The notes: generated from the letters alone by a model not told the origin. Shown: positions 29,647-40,274, counted from the first letter of the stretch. The stretch is 64,000 nt of DNA from Bacteroidota bacterium (GCA_012729475.1 JAAYDB010000143.1:6583-70582), one strand, 5' to 3'. Translations and numbers: made by a program.

Positions 29647-31038
29647 ATGTCTACAAGACCTTCTATACCCAAAGGAACCAGGGATTTTTCTCCCGATGAA
29701 ATACTAAATAGGGAGTTCATTTTCGACACTATTAAGAGTGTTTTTAAATTATATGGATATCAACCTGTTGAGACGCCTGCTATGGAAACTCTTTCCACAC
29801 TTCTCGGGAAGTATGGTGATGAGGGAGACAGGCTTATATTCAGGATACTGAACTCCGGTGATTTCTTTTCAGGCCTGAGTGATTCTGAATTGTCGGAAAG
29901 GAACCTGAGTAAAATAGCAGGACAGATATGTGAGAAAGGTTTGAGGTATGACCTGACTGTTCCTTTTGCCAGGTATGTGGTACAGCATCGTGATGAGATA
30001 GTCTTCCCTTTCAGAAGGTATCAGATACAACCAGTCTGGAGAGCTGACAGACCCCAGAAGGGTAGGTACCGGGAATTTTTCCAGTGCGATGTTGATGTCA
30101 TAGGAAGCGATTCATTGTTAAATGAATATGAATTAATAAGGATTATTGACAATGTTTTTTCCAAACTGAAGATCAATATCCGGATAAAGCTCAATAACAG
30201 AAAAATACTGTCGGGTATAGCTGAATATATTGGTGAGTTCGAAAGAATCACGGATATTACCACTGCTATTGACAAGATAGAGAAAATCGGCCTTGATGCG
30301 GTTAACCTTGAATTAAAAGACAAAGGGGTGTCCGAAGAAGCTGTCAGGAAGCTGCAGCCTTTGCTTGCGATTGAGGGTGGAGCAGAGACAAAGCTTGACA
30401 GGCTGGAGAATCTTTTGTCAAAATCAGCTACAGGGATGAAAGGTGTTTCTGAAATGAGGGAGCTTTTCTCTTATGTTGAGTCCGGTATTCTTTCAGGGAT
30501 GGTGGAACTTGATATTACCCTGGCCCGGGGACTGAACTATTATACGGGTACCATAATGGAAGTTAAGTCTGCAGATGTTAGTATAGGTAGTATTTGCGGA
30601 GGCGGAAGATATGATAATCTGACAGGTGTTTTTGGTATGGATGGTATATCCGGTGTGGGAATATCTTTCGGGGCAGACAGGATATATGATGTTATGAAAC
30701 AGTCAGATCTGTTCACCGGGATTATCTCTGCCTCATCACAGGTGCTGGTTATTAATTTTGGTCAGTCTTCTGTCGAATACGCTTTTAAGATCCTTGAATT
30801 ATTGAGAAATCTTGGAGTAAAAACAGAGTTCTATCCCGATCCTGTTAAGATAAAAAAGCAGATGACGTATGCTGATAACAGAAAAATTCCTTTTATTATT
30901 ATTCCCGGAGAAGATGAGTTAAAGGCCGGAGAGGTGACAGTAAAAAATATGGCTTCAGGAAAACAGAAAAAGATACCCTTCAGAGAGCTTAAATCTTTTG
31001 TTTTGTCTGATATATCACCTCTGCGGCAAATCACCTGA
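29647..31038 (+). CDS. hisS: Histidine--tRNA ligase
   Basis: 463 aa, ...[40 protein letters not shown]..., ...GGGRYDNL... Confidence 0.96.
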   Translation: MSTRPSIPKGTRDFSPDEILNREFIFDTIKSVFKLYGYQPVETPAMETLSTLLGKYGDEGDRLIFRILNSGDFFSGLSDSELSERNLSKIAGQICEKGLRYDLTVPFARYVVQHRDEIVFPFRRYQIQPVWRADRPQKGRYREFFQCDVDVIGSDSLLNEYELIRIIDNVFSKLKINIRIKLNNRKILSGIAEYIGEFERITDITTAIDKIEKIGLDAVNLELKDKGVSEEAVRKLQPLLAIEGGAETKLDRLENLLSKSATGMKGVSEMRELFSYVESGILSGMVELDITLARGLNYYTGTIMEVKSADVSIGSICGGGRYDNLTGVFGMDGISGVGISFGADRIYDVMKQSDLFTGIISASSQVLVINFGQSSVEYAFKILELLRNLGVKTEFYPDPVKIKKQMTYADNRKIPFIIIPGEDELKAGEVTVKNMASGKQKKIPFRELKSFVLSDISPLRQIT

Positions 31039-31114
31039 TCCATTAAGGGTTTTGCCTGTGGGTTTTTGTCCCGCAAAGCTGTAGCTGTATTTTCGCTTAC
31101 AGAACGAAAAAATG

Positions 31115-31122
31115 TAAATTTG
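31115..31122 (+). promoter_or_regulatory. -7 box upstream of ychF
   Basis: TAAATTTG, 28 nt before ATG 31151. Confidence 0.4.
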
Positions 31123-31150
31123 ATTATTAAATAACTATAACTGAAATATA

Positions 31151-32248
31151 ATGGCTCTTCAATGCGGAATTACAGGCATAACCAATGTGGGAAAGACAAC
31201 CATTTTCAATTGTCTGTCAAATACCAAAGGCGAAACAAATGCTTTCGCATTCAGTGCCTCCAGATCCAATATCGGTGTTGTACAGGTACCTGATAGACGG
31301 TTATATGAACTGGAGAAACACCAGGTTACGGAAAAAATAATCCATACCACTGTTGAAATGGTTGACATACCCGGACTTGCCAAAGGATCGAATAAGGGTG
31401 AAGGTGTCGGGAATAAATTTCTGGGTGACATTCGCAGTACAGATGCTCTTATTCATGTTCTGAGATGTTTTGATGATGAGTCTTTGCCTCATGTTGACGG
31501 ATCTGTTGATCCGGTACGGGATATGGAAACGATTGATCTGGAATTACAGGTTAAGGACCTGGAGTCAGTTGAAAAAAAAGCAGAAAGACTCAGGAAAGCC
31601 GCCAGATCGGGCGACAAAGAAGCTGCAGCCAGTCTTTTGGTGCTTGAACGCTTCCGGGAACACTTTGAAAATTTTAATAATGCCCGTACTCTTGCTTTAA
31701 AAGAAGAAGAAAAAAAGGTTGTCGATGATCTTTTTCTGCTTACTATGAAACCTGTTTTGTATATATGTAATGTGGATGAAAAATCAGCTGTAAGCGGAAA
31801 TCATTACGTTGATGCTGTAAAGAAATATCTGGAAGGCAGTGATGCTGAAGTAATAATCATTGCCGGAAAGACTGAAGCAGAGATAGCCGAACTGGATAAG
31901 CCTGAAGATCGTGCTGCTTTTCTCAGTGATGCAGGGCTTGATGAACCGGGTGTTGATAAACTGGTAAGAGCTGCTTACAGGCTTCTTGACCTGCAGACTT
32001 TTTTTACTGTAGGACCAAAAGAAATACGTGCATGGACTATCAGGAAAGGTATGACAGCCCCCCAGGCTGCCGGAGTTATCCACAGCGACCTGGAGAGAGG
32101 CTTTATAAGAGCTGAAGTGATGAAATACAACGATTTTATCACCCTGGGGTCAGAACACGCATGCAAGGAAGCCGGGAAATTTTATATTGAAGGCAGGAAT
32201 TACATTGTGGAAGATGGTGATATCCTTCACATCAGATTCAATGTCTAG
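31151..32248 (+). CDS. ychF: Redox-regulated ATPase YchF
   Basis: 365 aa, ...CGITGITNVGKTTIFN..., with C-terminal TGS-like ...RAWTIRKGMTAPQAAGVIHSDLERGFIRAEV... Confidence 0.95.
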   Translation: MALQCGITGITNVGKTTIFNCLSNTKGETNAFAFSASRSNIGVVQVPDRRLYELEKHQVTEKIIHTTVEMVDIPGLAKGSNKGEGVGNKFLGDIRSTDALIHVLRCFDDESLPHVDGSVDPVRDMETIDLELQVKDLESVEKKAERLRKAARSGDKEAAASLLVLERFREHFENFNNARTLALKEEEKKVVDDLFLLTMKPVLYICNVDEKSAVSGNHYVDAVKKYLEGSDAEVIIIAGKTEAEIAELDKPEDRAAFLSDAGLDEPGVDKLVRAAYRLLDLQTFFTVGPKEIRAWTIRKGMTAPQAAGVIHSDLERGFIRAEVMKYNDFITLGSEHACKEAGKFYIEGRNYIVEDGDILHIRFNV

Positions 32249-32256
32249 TATTATGT

Positions 32257-33957
32257 ATGATAAAAGGACTATTCATAATATTCTTTTTTCTGCTATCTGC
32301 CGCTGGGGAGTGTTTTTCCCGGAGTGATGATCTGAATGACGACAGATTAAGGCAGATTGTCTGTGATTACGGTCAGGCACGAGTCACAATCCCTTTCCTG
32401 GGTATCCGGCAGACAAATGAACTCAGCCGTAAGCTCTCCATAAGTTCTGTAAGAAATAATACAGTTGAGATAGTCCTGTCTCCTCTGACCCTGGAATGGT
32501 TCATTGATCAGAGATTAAACTATAAAATCAGGACACCGTACGACCCAAAGGATCTGATAACAGCTTCAGACAAGGGTCAGGCAGCGGAATGGAACACTTA
32601 CCCTTCCTATTCACAGTACATTGAAATAATGCAGGGATTTGCTGAAAACTATCCCGCTATATGTCTTCTTGATACAATAGGAACAAGTAATTACGGGAAG
32701 TTGGTTCTTGCTCTTAAAATATCGGATAATGTGTCGGTTGATGAGGATGAACCTGAGACATTCTATTCATCAACAATTCACGGAGATGAGACCGGCGGAT
32801 TTGTCCTGATGCTAAGGCTTGCAGATTATCTTTTGATGAATTATCAATCTGACGTAAGAGTAAGTGAAATGATAAATAATCTGGAGATATGGATCAACCC
32901 TTTGGCTAATCCTGATGGAACTTATGGTACTGGTGATCTGATTAGTTCTCCCATACGTTTTAATGCCAATGGCTACGATCTGAACAGGAACTTCCCGGAT
33001 CCTGCAACCCCAAATACAGTGACACAGACAGAAACAACTGATATGATCACTTTTATGAGGGAGCATAATTTTGTGCTATCGGCAAATTTTCATTCAGGGA
33101 CCGAGGTGGTTAATTATCCATGGGACAGCCGTGCCCGACTGCATGCTGATGATGAATGGTTTTACTCTGTCAGTAGAAAATATGCAGATACTGTTCATCG
33201 ATATTCTGTTCCCGGTTATATGACTTTTTTACAGGATGGAGTTACCAACGGATATATGTGGTATTCAATAAACGGAGGACGTCAGGATTTTGTGACCCGG
33301 GAGTTACAGGGGCGTGAGGTGACTATTGAACTGGATTATGATTACATTACACCGGCGGAAGATCTTGGTTCATTATGGGAATATAATCACAGGTCGTTGC
33401 TGGGATATCTTGAAAACGCTTTAAGTGGCATACATGGCAAGGTGACCGACAGCAAAACAGGCGATCCGGTGAAAGCCCGTATATTTGTTTCCGGGCATGA
33501 TATCGACAGTTCACATGTTTATTCACGTTCTTCAACAGGCACTTTTGTCAGACTTATTTCCCCGGGTGCCTGGGACCTGTTGGTCACTGCTGAAGGCTAC
33601 CTTCCTGTGAATGTTGATAATGTCCTTGTTACAGAAAACAGCATAACAAACCTGAATATTGAAATGCTTCCTTTTGTCAACCCTGTTGATACCATCGGGA
33701 CACCTGTGCTTATTCTTTATCCGAGCCCTGCCAGGGAATCAGTGAGAGCTGTATTACCGGAGGATTTTTCAGGACAGGTACGTATCGCACTGTATGATTC
33801 CGGAGGCCGGAAGATCAGGGATTATTATGAAAATGCTACAGAGGATCTTCCCCTGATGTTAGATGTCAGACATCTTCCTGATGGAGTCTATGTTGTGCTT
33901 GTCAGTAAAACCGGATCATCCCTGAGGTGCAGGAAAAGATTTGTTGTTGTCCGCTAA
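32257..33957 (+). CDS. M14-family zinc carboxypeptidase with a T9SS C-terminal sorting domain
   Basis: 566 aa with a signal peptide and ...STIHGDETGG..., ...NPDGTY...NANGYDLNRNFPD... The C-terminal ~80 aa is a Por-secretion-tail-like beta domain (ILYPSPARE...GVYVVLV...). Confidence 0.85.
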   Translation: MIKGLFIIFFFLLSAAGECFSRSDDLNDDRLRQIVCDYGQARVTIPFLGIRQTNELSRKLSISSVRNNTVEIVLSPLTLEWFIDQRLNYKIRTPYDPKDLITASDKGQAAEWNTYPSYSQYIEIMQGFAENYPAICLLDTIGTSNYGKLVLALKISDNVSVDEDEPETFYSSTIHGDETGGFVLMLRLADYLLMNYQSDVRVSEMINNLEIWINPLANPDGTYGTGDLISSPIRFNANGYDLNRNFPDPATPNTVTQTETTDMITFMREHNFVLSANFHSGTEVVNYPWDSRARLHADDEWFYSVSRKYADTVHRYSVPGYMTFLQDGVTNGYMWYSINGGRQDFVTRELQGREVTIELDYDYITPAEDLGSLWEYNHRSLLGYLENALSGIHGKVTDSKTGDPVKARIFVSGHDIDSSHVYSRSSTGTFVRLISPGAWDLLVTAEGYLPVNVDNVLVTENSITNLNIEMLPFVNPVDTIGTPVLILYPSPARESVRAVLPEDFSGQVRIALYDSGGRKIRDYYENATEDLPLMLDVRHLPDGVYVVLVSKTGSSLRCRKRFVVVR

Positions 33958-34084
33958 AGAAATGCTTATTTTTCCTATGGATTATGTATTCCTATTGTAA
34001 CTCTGTCCAAAAAGCCTACTTTTGGAACTTGGTAAATTTTGTAAAAATTAAATACTAAATACAACAAAAACTGTCCGGAGATAT

Positions 34085-35755
34085 ATGAACAATAATAAAT
34101 CACTAAAGGGAATACTGATACTCTTTCTTTCTGTTTTTTTTATAAGCCTGGCCGGAGGCCAGAGTGCCTATATACCTCCGGATAAACCCAGACTTGTAGT
34201 TGGGATAATTATTGAACAATTAAGGTACGATCAGCTTGAAAAGTTCCGTAACCGTTTCGGAGAAAACGGCATCAGGAAATTATTGAATGAGGGTACCTAT
34301 TTCCAGAATGCATCATATAATTATATCCTTACTCAATCGGCACCCGGACATGCGACAATAGCTACAGGAGCAGAGCCTTCTGTTCATGGGATAACATCTG
34401 ATGACTGGTATGTACCGCTTAAAGATGAGCTGATAAATTGCACAAAGGATCTGTCAGTTGCTCCGGTGGGTGGTAGTTTCGAATCAGGCTTGCATTCTCC
34501 GGTGAATCTGCAGTCTTCGACATTTTCAGATGAGCTCAAAATGATGACTAATAAAAACGCTAAGGTCTTTGCTGTCGGAATGAAAGAGGGCCCGGTTATT
34601 TTTTCTGCAGGGCATGCAGCTGATGCTGCTTACTGGTATGATAATACTACCGGAACATGGATGTCGAGTACATATTTCACAGATTCTCTTCCTGGCTGGG
34701 TGCTCGATTTCAATGCAATGAAATATTCTGAAACATATCTGACAAATACATGGGAATTATATAAATCAGATGCAGATTATTCTGACTGTCTTCCCGATAT
34801 TAATTTCCATGAAACGGGTTTTGATGGGATTAATTATTTCCCGTATGATATGAAGAAGATAAGCGCAAAGCGTAAGAACAATGTGGATCGTGATTATTCG
34901 ATGCTAAGAGAGATACCTTTGGGAAATACATTTACAACAGATTTTGCTATCCGGTTGATAGAGAACGAGAGCATGGGGCAGGATGACATAACAGACTATA
35001 TATCTATTTGTTACACATCTACTGATTACATAGGTCACAGGTTTGGTCCGTCATCAATGGAGATGGCCGATGCTATTTTACGTCTGGACAGGGATATTGA
35101 GAATCTTCTTAATTATTTGAATAACAGCCTGGGAAAAAGGAATATACTGGTATATTTCACTTCTGCTCATGGTATTTCGGAAATTCCGGGAGTTTTGGAA
35201 AATAACAGGATCCCTTCAGGTCATTTCAAACAAAATCAGGCTTTACAGCTTCTCCGGAGTTATCTTAATGCCTCATACGGAGAAGGAGACTGGATAAAAG
35301 GGTATACTGACAGACAGATATTTTTAAACAGGACTCTTATTGAGGATGCAAAACTATCTCTTGATGAAGTACAGAAGAAAGTAGCCAGGTTCATTGTACA
35401 ATTTTCAGGTGTTGCCTCGGCATATCCTTATTCAGCTTTTGAGACAAATGATTTCAGTAGTGGTAATCTGAAGAGGATATTAAATAATTTCAGTCCCCAA
35501 CGATCGGGAGATGTTATTATTACGCTTAATTCAGGCTGGATTGAGAGGGGAGATGAAAATTATGTTGCAGATCATGGTTCTCCTTATGAATATGATACAC
35601 ATGTTCCTCTGATATGGTATGGGTGGGCAGTAAACAAAGCAACGGTGACACGGAAAGTGAATATGACGGATATAGCTCCGACACTTTCATCATTATGCAA
35701 AGTTCCTGTTCCCAATGCATGTACAGGAGAGCCTATGTTTGAATTGTTCAGGTAA
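34085..35755 (+). CDS. PafA-like alkaline phosphatase / nucleotide pyrophosphatase family protein
   Basis: 556 aa with a signal peptide. ...PRLVVGIIIEQLRYDQL..., ...TQSAPGHATIATGAEPSVHGITSDDWY..., ...STDYIGHRFGP..., ...MTDIAPTLSSL... resemble PafA as I recall it. Confidence 0.8.
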   Translation: MNNNKSLKGILILFLSVFFISLAGGQSAYIPPDKPRLVVGIIIEQLRYDQLEKFRNRFGENGIRKLLNEGTYFQNASYNYILTQSAPGHATIATGAEPSVHGITSDDWYVPLKDELINCTKDLSVAPVGGSFESGLHSPVNLQSSTFSDELKMMTNKNAKVFAVGMKEGPVIFSAGHAADAAYWYDNTTGTWMSSTYFTDSLPGWVLDFNAMKYSETYLTNTWELYKSDADYSDCLPDINFHETGFDGINYFPYDMKKISAKRKNNVDRDYSMLREIPLGNTFTTDFAIRLIENESMGQDDITDYISICYTSTDYIGHRFGPSSMEMADAILRLDRDIENLLNYLNNSLGKRNILVYFTSAHGISEIPGVLENNRIPSGHFKQNQALQLLRSYLNASYGEGDWIKGYTDRQIFLNRTLIEDAKLSLDEVQKKVARFIVQFSGVASAYPYSAFETNDFSSGNLKRILNNFSPQRSGDVIITLNSGWIERGDENYVADHGSPYEYDTHVPLIWYGWAVNKATVTRKVNMTDIAPTLSSLCKVPVPNACTGEPMFELFR

Positions 35756-36482
35756 TATCTTGTCTGGAAATGGTATCCCGTAGTCTGCAGGCTTCTGTCA
35801 GGAGTTCCGGGTTATCTTCGCAACCGTTGCCCAGTATAATAAGATTGGCGCCCGCTTCAAATATATCTGATATTTCATTTTTACTCTTAATACCTCCGCC
35901 TACAGCAAGAGGTATGGATATTTCTTTTTTTACTGCTCTGATCATTTCTGTGGGAACATGATTTTCTGCCCCGCTTCCTGCTTCAAGATAAATCATTTTA
36001 AGACCAAGCATCTCGCCTGCCAGAGCTGTGGCTACTACAATATCTGTTTTGTCGGGAGGGATAGCTTCTGTCTGGCTAATATATTCCACGGAGGTCTTTG
36101 AGCCGCAGCCAATGAGTATATACCCGACAGAAATAACTTTTTCCTTTATTTTCATCAGGTAGGGGGCAGCTGTCACGTGGTTTCCAATAAGCAGTTCCGG
36201 ATTTCTTCCTGATATAAGAGAGAGGAGCAGGACCACATCGGCGTCATAACTCAGTTGCAGGAGATTGCCTGGAAAAAGGACGACAGGAAGTGAACATAAC
36301 TGTCTGACTGAATGGATCATTTTATCTATACTCCGGAAAGTAAGGCTGCCTCCGGCCATTATATAGTCTGTCCTGGCTTCAACGGCTGTCTTTATTTTTG
36401 CAGGCAGAGTCTTTTCATTAACCTTATCGGGATCGAGAAGGAGTGCAACACTTCTTATCCCCGGAAAGTTTTGTGTCTTCAT
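35748..36482 (-). CDS. Geranylgeranylglyceryl phosphate synthase family protein (PcrB/GGGPS)
   Basis: Taken from ATG 36482 (MKTQNFPGIRSVALLLDPDKV...), with ...IYLEAGSGAENHV...LAVGGGIKSKNEISDIFEAGANLIILGN... The track start at 36548 lies deep inside the upstream gene. Confidence 0.85.
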   Translation of the reverse strand: MKTQNFPGIRSVALLLDPDKVNEKTLPAKIKTAVEARTDYIMAGGSLTFRSIDKMIHSVRQLCSLPVVLFPGNLLQLSYDADVVLLLSLISGRNPELLIGNHVTAAPYLMKIKEKVISVGYILIGCGSKTSVEYISQTEAIPPDKTDIVVATALAGEMLGLKMIYLEAGSGAENHVPTEMIRAVKKEISIPLAVGGGIKSKNEISDIFEAGANLIILGNGCEDNPELLTEACRLRDTISRQDIT

Positions 36483-37116
36483 AGTTCTTTTTTGTCCACA
36501 CAATGGCATAATTATCATATCTGGAGTAATTAAGGTCAAAAGACTCATCTATCTTTCTGGTTTTGACCTTACCCCTGAATTCTCCGCTTTCTTCCACTTC
36601 AAAGGGCTCTATAGTAATGTTATTCCTTATCCTTATACCTTCCTTGTCACATATTTTGTACAGAGATTCTTTTGCACACCAATGAAGATACAGATGATAT
36701 TTCCTTTTTTCCGGATTTCTGGTGATTTTTTCCCGGCGGTTAACAAACTTAAAAGCAATAGCTCCTATGTTTGATCCCATATATTCAAGATCAATACCCA
36801 CTCTCTCATCTGTACTGCAAATAATGGCCGTTAGTTTTTGGGAATGGGAGATGCTGATAAAACGGGATCCATCCTTCAGGAAGGGTTTGTTATTCTTATT
36901 GTACACTATCTTTGCTTCTTTTCCTAACAGTTCTGCCAGCAGGGCCCTGACACTTAAAAACTCAAGTTTGCGCGATGTGCTGGCAAAAAGCCTGTAACGT
37001 TTTTTCTCATCAGGATCAAGATTCACCATTTCCATGAGTGTTTTTATATCCTCCTCGATCTTCCACACTCCGAGTATGGTTGAGTCATTGAGATAATGTT
37101 TAGTAATACAGCCCAT
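36424..37116 (-). CDS. 4'-phosphopantetheinyl transferase superfamily protein (Sfp/AcpT-like)
   Basis: 230 aa with motifs ...ISISHSQ..., GIDLE and WCAKESLYK. Confidence 0.8.
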   Translation of the reverse strand: MGCITKHYLNDSTILGVWKIEEDIKTLMEMVNLDPDEKKRYRLFASTSRKLEFLSVRALLAELLGKEAKIVYNKNNKPFLKDGSRFISISHSQKLTAIICSTDERVGIDLEYMGSNIGAIAFKFVNRREKITRNPEKRKYHLYLHWCAKESLYKICDKEGIRIRNNITIEPFEVEESGEFRGKVKTRKIDESFDLNYSRYDNYAIVWTKKNYEDTKLSGDKKCCTPSRSR

Positions 37117-37134
37117 TATAGAAGTCGTATCATT

Positions 37135-37728
37135 TTATTCCCATTTCAGGGTTTCAATCATGTGTGCAATGTCCTGTCTGAAAAAATCTATTACCGGTGC
37201 AAGTGAATCAGGGTTTGGTTCCGAAGAAAAATAAAGAGAACCTCTTAAAAAGTGATTAATACTGTCTGTCACAAAAAACTGTACCGCAGTGGCAGTATTT
37301 CCTTTCAGATCGTATAATATCCCGAAGACCCTTTTGTCAGTGTTATATATCAGTTCTTCATTTATCGCATCTGCTCTGGTAATATGGTTTTTCACATTCA
37401 TCCTGTAAGTTTGTTCTATGAGGCTTGCAAGATCTCCCTGTACCGGTTTGTAAGTAAGATATATTCTGGCATTATATACCGGTATATTGATATTAAACCA
37501 TCCTTGTTCCATATTATCAGGCTCGTAAGCTATTTCACCGTAAGCCGGATATTCAAATGTAAGTGGCAGGTACTCATGTTGCCTGATGCCAGTATCGTTA
37601 AAGTGCACATATTCCTTTTCCGGGAGATCAATACGGAAATATCCCCGGGGTTTTGGGACAGGTGTTTCCCCGCAGGCATAGAAGGAAAAAATAATAAAAA
37701 GCAATATTATAATCTTATTCTTCTTCAA
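37135..37728 (-). CDS. gldD: Gliding motility lipoprotein GldD
   Basis: 197 aa with lipobox ...FSFYAC. ...PKPRGYFRIDLPEKEY..., ...IYLTYKPVQGDL..., ...FFVTDSINHFLRGSLYF..., ...HMIETLKWE match my memory of GldD. Adjacent to gldE and ssb, as in Flavobacterium. Confidence 0.85.
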   Translation of the reverse strand: MKKNKIIILLFIIFSFYACGETPVPKPRGYFRIDLPEKEYVHFNDTGIRQHEYLPLTFEYPAYGEIAYEPDNMEQGWFNINIPVYNARIYLTYKPVQGDLASLIEQTYRMNVKNHITRADAINEELIYNTDKRVFGILYDLKGNTATAVQFFVTDSINHFLRGSLYFSSEPNPDSLAPVIDFFRQDIAHMIETLKWE

Positions 37729-39058
37729 GATGTACTTCCTCCCTGTTTATTTCCACACGTATTTCTTTTATTCTTCTTTTATCAGCTGATTCAATGGTAA
37801 AAGTAAAAATACCGAATTGGATTACCTGGTTTTTTTTTGGTATTTCACCTGTAAGTTCAAGAATCAAACCAGCCAGAGTCTCAGATTCTCCTTTAGCAAT
37901 ATCGAATAAATCTTCATCAATATTCAGCAGTTTCTCAAAGTCGTTCAAAAGGATTTTACCCTGAAAAACATAAGTGTTATCGTTTATTTTTCTGTATAAT
38001 ATTTCATCGTCGTCACTTTCATCTGTTATCTCTCCGACAATTTCTTCAAGGATATCTTCAAGAGTAATGATGCCGGATGTTCCGCCATATTCGTCAATTA
38101 CTACTGCCAGGTGTATTTTATTTAGTTGAAACTCTTTAAGCAGTTCATTGATTTTTTTTGTTTCAGGAACGAAATACGGGGGTCTGAGAAGTGTCTGCCA
38201 TCTGAAGTTGTCGTCTTTTTGCATATGTGGGAGAACATCTTTTGCATAGAGGATCCCTTTCACATTGTCAAATGATCCTGAGTACACAGGGATTCTTGAG
38301 AAACCGGAATCAATGATTATGGGTATGATCTGACTGAAAAGGGATTCGATGTCGACAGCTGTAACATCAATTCTCGGGCACATAATAGCATTGACATTTA
38401 TATTACCGAAGTTCACGATCCCTTTCAGTATTTTTTTATCTTCATCCAGTTCATCGGTTGTCAGTTTGAGAGCATCAGAAAGGTCATCAAGACTAATTTC
38501 CTGTTTTCTTTTTTTTGTTCTTTTTTTCACAAAGGATGTAGACACTACGAGAAAGGATGTAACCGGATTCAGTATTTTTATCATCCATCTGAGCGGATAA
38601 GCCATTCTCAGGGCGAATGTAAGATTGTTTCTTGATGCAAATACTTTTGGCAATATCTCGCCGAAGAAAAGAAGAATAAAAGTAATTACGACGGCTTCAA
38701 CAATAAAGCCTAATACGGGGGTGGCACTAAAATCAAATAATCTTGTACTAAGGAAGGCCGACAACAGTACAATAGTTACATTGATTGTATTGTTTGCCAC
38801 AAGTATAGTGCTGAGTAATTTATCCGGTATCCCGAACATTTCAGTGACTATTTGTTCTTTTGTGTTTCTGCTGTTCCTGAGTTTTTCCAAATCCTCCGGT
38901 CGCAGAGAAAAATAAGCCACTTCAGAACCGGAAACCATGCCTGATGCCAGTAACAGCAAAGCAAGTGTTATAAAGCCTGCTATCATGCTGCTATCAACAT
39001 GATTAACAACAATGGCTGTATGAATTACGTTAAAATATAATGAATAAACCGCTCCCAA
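37715..39058 (-). CDS. gldE: Gliding motility-associated protein GldE (DUF21-CBS-CorC transporter-like)
   Basis: 447 aa. N-terminal TM DUF21 region, a CBS pair and a CorC_HlyC C-terminus. 14-nt overlap with gldD. Confidence 0.8.
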   Translation of the reverse strand: MGAVYSLYFNVIHTAIVVNHVDSSMIAGFITLALLLLASGMVSGSEVAYFSLRPEDLEKLRNSRNTKEQIVTEMFGIPDKLLSTILVANNTINVTIVLLSAFLSTRLFDFSATPVLGFIVEAVVITFILLFFGEILPKVFASRNNLTFALRMAYPLRWMIKILNPVTSFLVVSTSFVKKRTKKRKQEISLDDLSDALKLTTDELDEDKKILKGIVNFGNINVNAIMCPRIDVTAVDIESLFSQIIPIIIDSGFSRIPVYSGSFDNVKGILYAKDVLPHMQKDDNFRWQTLLRPPYFVPETKKINELLKEFQLNKIHLAVVIDEYGGTSGIITLEDILEEIVGEITDESDDDEILYRKINDNTYVFQGKILLNDFEKLLNIDEDLFDIAKGESETLAGLILELTGEIPKKNQVIQFGIFTFTIESADKRRIKEIRVEINREEVHLEEE

Positions 39059-39081
39059 CTGAAAATCATTTAATGAAAAAA

Positions 39082-39639
39082 CTAGAATGGCAGATCATCT
39101 TCACTCTGATTCACGGAGGAGTCGTCAGAAAATGTTCTTCCGGGTTCTGAATCATTGCTGATGGGATTCTCTTTATCACTCCAGTTCTTATTGCCCGAGT
39201 CAGATTCTGATTCATATTGTGAGTCAGGTTCATTGATCCGTCCGGAAGATCCTGTTTTATTTCCCTCATTTGTCCCGGAGGATTCCGATTGGGAATAATT
39301 GTTTTGTGATGGTTTTTTATCGAGTACCATTATGGTATCGGCAAGGATCTCCGTGATGTATTTATTATTACCATCTTTATCAACATAAGATCTTGTCTTT
39401 ATTTTCCCCACAAGGTAAACCTGGCTGCCTTTCTTTACCGTTTTCTCTGCTACTTCGGCAAGAGCTCTCCAGAGTACAATATTATGCCATTCAGTGGTTG
39501 TTATTGTTTCTCCCTGCTGATTGGTGTATACTTCACTCGTTGCCAAAGGGAATGATGCTTTTGCAACTCCCTTGTCAAAATACCTTACAACCGGATCTTT
39601 TCCGACATTGCCGACAAGAATTACTTTATTGATTGACAT
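39082..39639 (-). CDS. ssb: Single-stranded DNA-binding protein
   Basis: 185 aa. OB fold MSINKVILVGNVGKDPVVRY...TEWHNIVLW..., a long disordered linker and an acidic tip DDLPF. Confidence 0.95.
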   Translation of the reverse strand: MSINKVILVGNVGKDPVVRYFDKGVAKASFPLATSEVYTNQQGETITTTEWHNIVLWRALAEVAEKTVKKGSQVYLVGKIKTRSYVDKDGNNKYITEILADTIMVLDKKPSQNNYSQSESSGTNEGNKTGSSGRINEPDSQYESESDSGNKNWSDKENPISNDSEPGRTFSDDSSVNQSEDDLPF

Positions 39640-39911
39640 ACAGTTATCTAATTACTGGTTAAAGGTAATAACAAGAATGTAAAGTTAAGAAAAAAAACAC
39701 TTTATACAATTGTTGGATTATTAAAAGGTACATCATCACAAATTACCTGAGATAAAAAAAAGAAATAGAATAAGCGGGCTGGTTTGTATGTCAGGGTTTA
39801 AAATTAAATCTTGCCGGGTACTATTGTGATATACTGCTGTAATTAAGTCAATAATAAAATATTATAAAAAAAATTATATCTATCTATTTGAATTTTAATA
39901 AATAATATTTC

Positions 39912-39919
39912 TATATTTG
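39912..39919 (+). promoter_or_regulatory. -7 box upstream of the HU / bS22-like operon
   Basis: TATATTTG, 58 nt before ATG 39978. Confidence 0.45.
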
Positions 39920-39977
39920 CAGGGTTGAAAAAAAAGAATACTCAAAATAATTTGTTGAATTTTAAACTTCAGGAAAA

Positions 39978-40265
39978 ATGACTAAAGCAGACATTGTTAA
40001 TGAAATTGCCAAAAGTACTGGTATAGAAAAGGTAACTGTACAAAGAACTGTTGAGGCCCTCATGGAAACTGTAAAGCAATCGATGGTAGCTGGTAATAAT
40101 GTTTATCTGAGAGGTTTCGGGAGCTTTATTGTAAAGAAGAGAGCCAAGAAAACTGCAAGAAATATATCAAAGAACACAACTATTATTATTCCTGCTCACA
40201 ATATTCCGGCTTTTAAACCGGCCAAATCCTTTATAAATAAAGTTAAGACCAACACAAAGAAATAG
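39978..40265 (+). CDS. HU-family DNA-binding protein
   Basis: 95 aa, MTKADIVNEIAKSTGIEK...VYLRGFGSF.VKKRA.K.ARN...IPAHNIPAFKP... Confidence 0.92.
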   Translation: MTKADIVNEIAKSTGIEKVTVQRTVEALMETVKQSMVAGNNVYLRGFGSFIVKKRAKKTARNISKNTTIIIPAHNIPAFKPAKSFINKVKTNTKK

Positions 40266-40274
40266 TTACTTTAT

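Noticed and set aside
36483-36548. Longer start for the GGGPS gene (track start 36548).
   Set aside because: It would overlap the PPTase gene by 125 nt. The family-typical N-terminus begins at MKTQNF...LLLDPDK, from ATG 36482.
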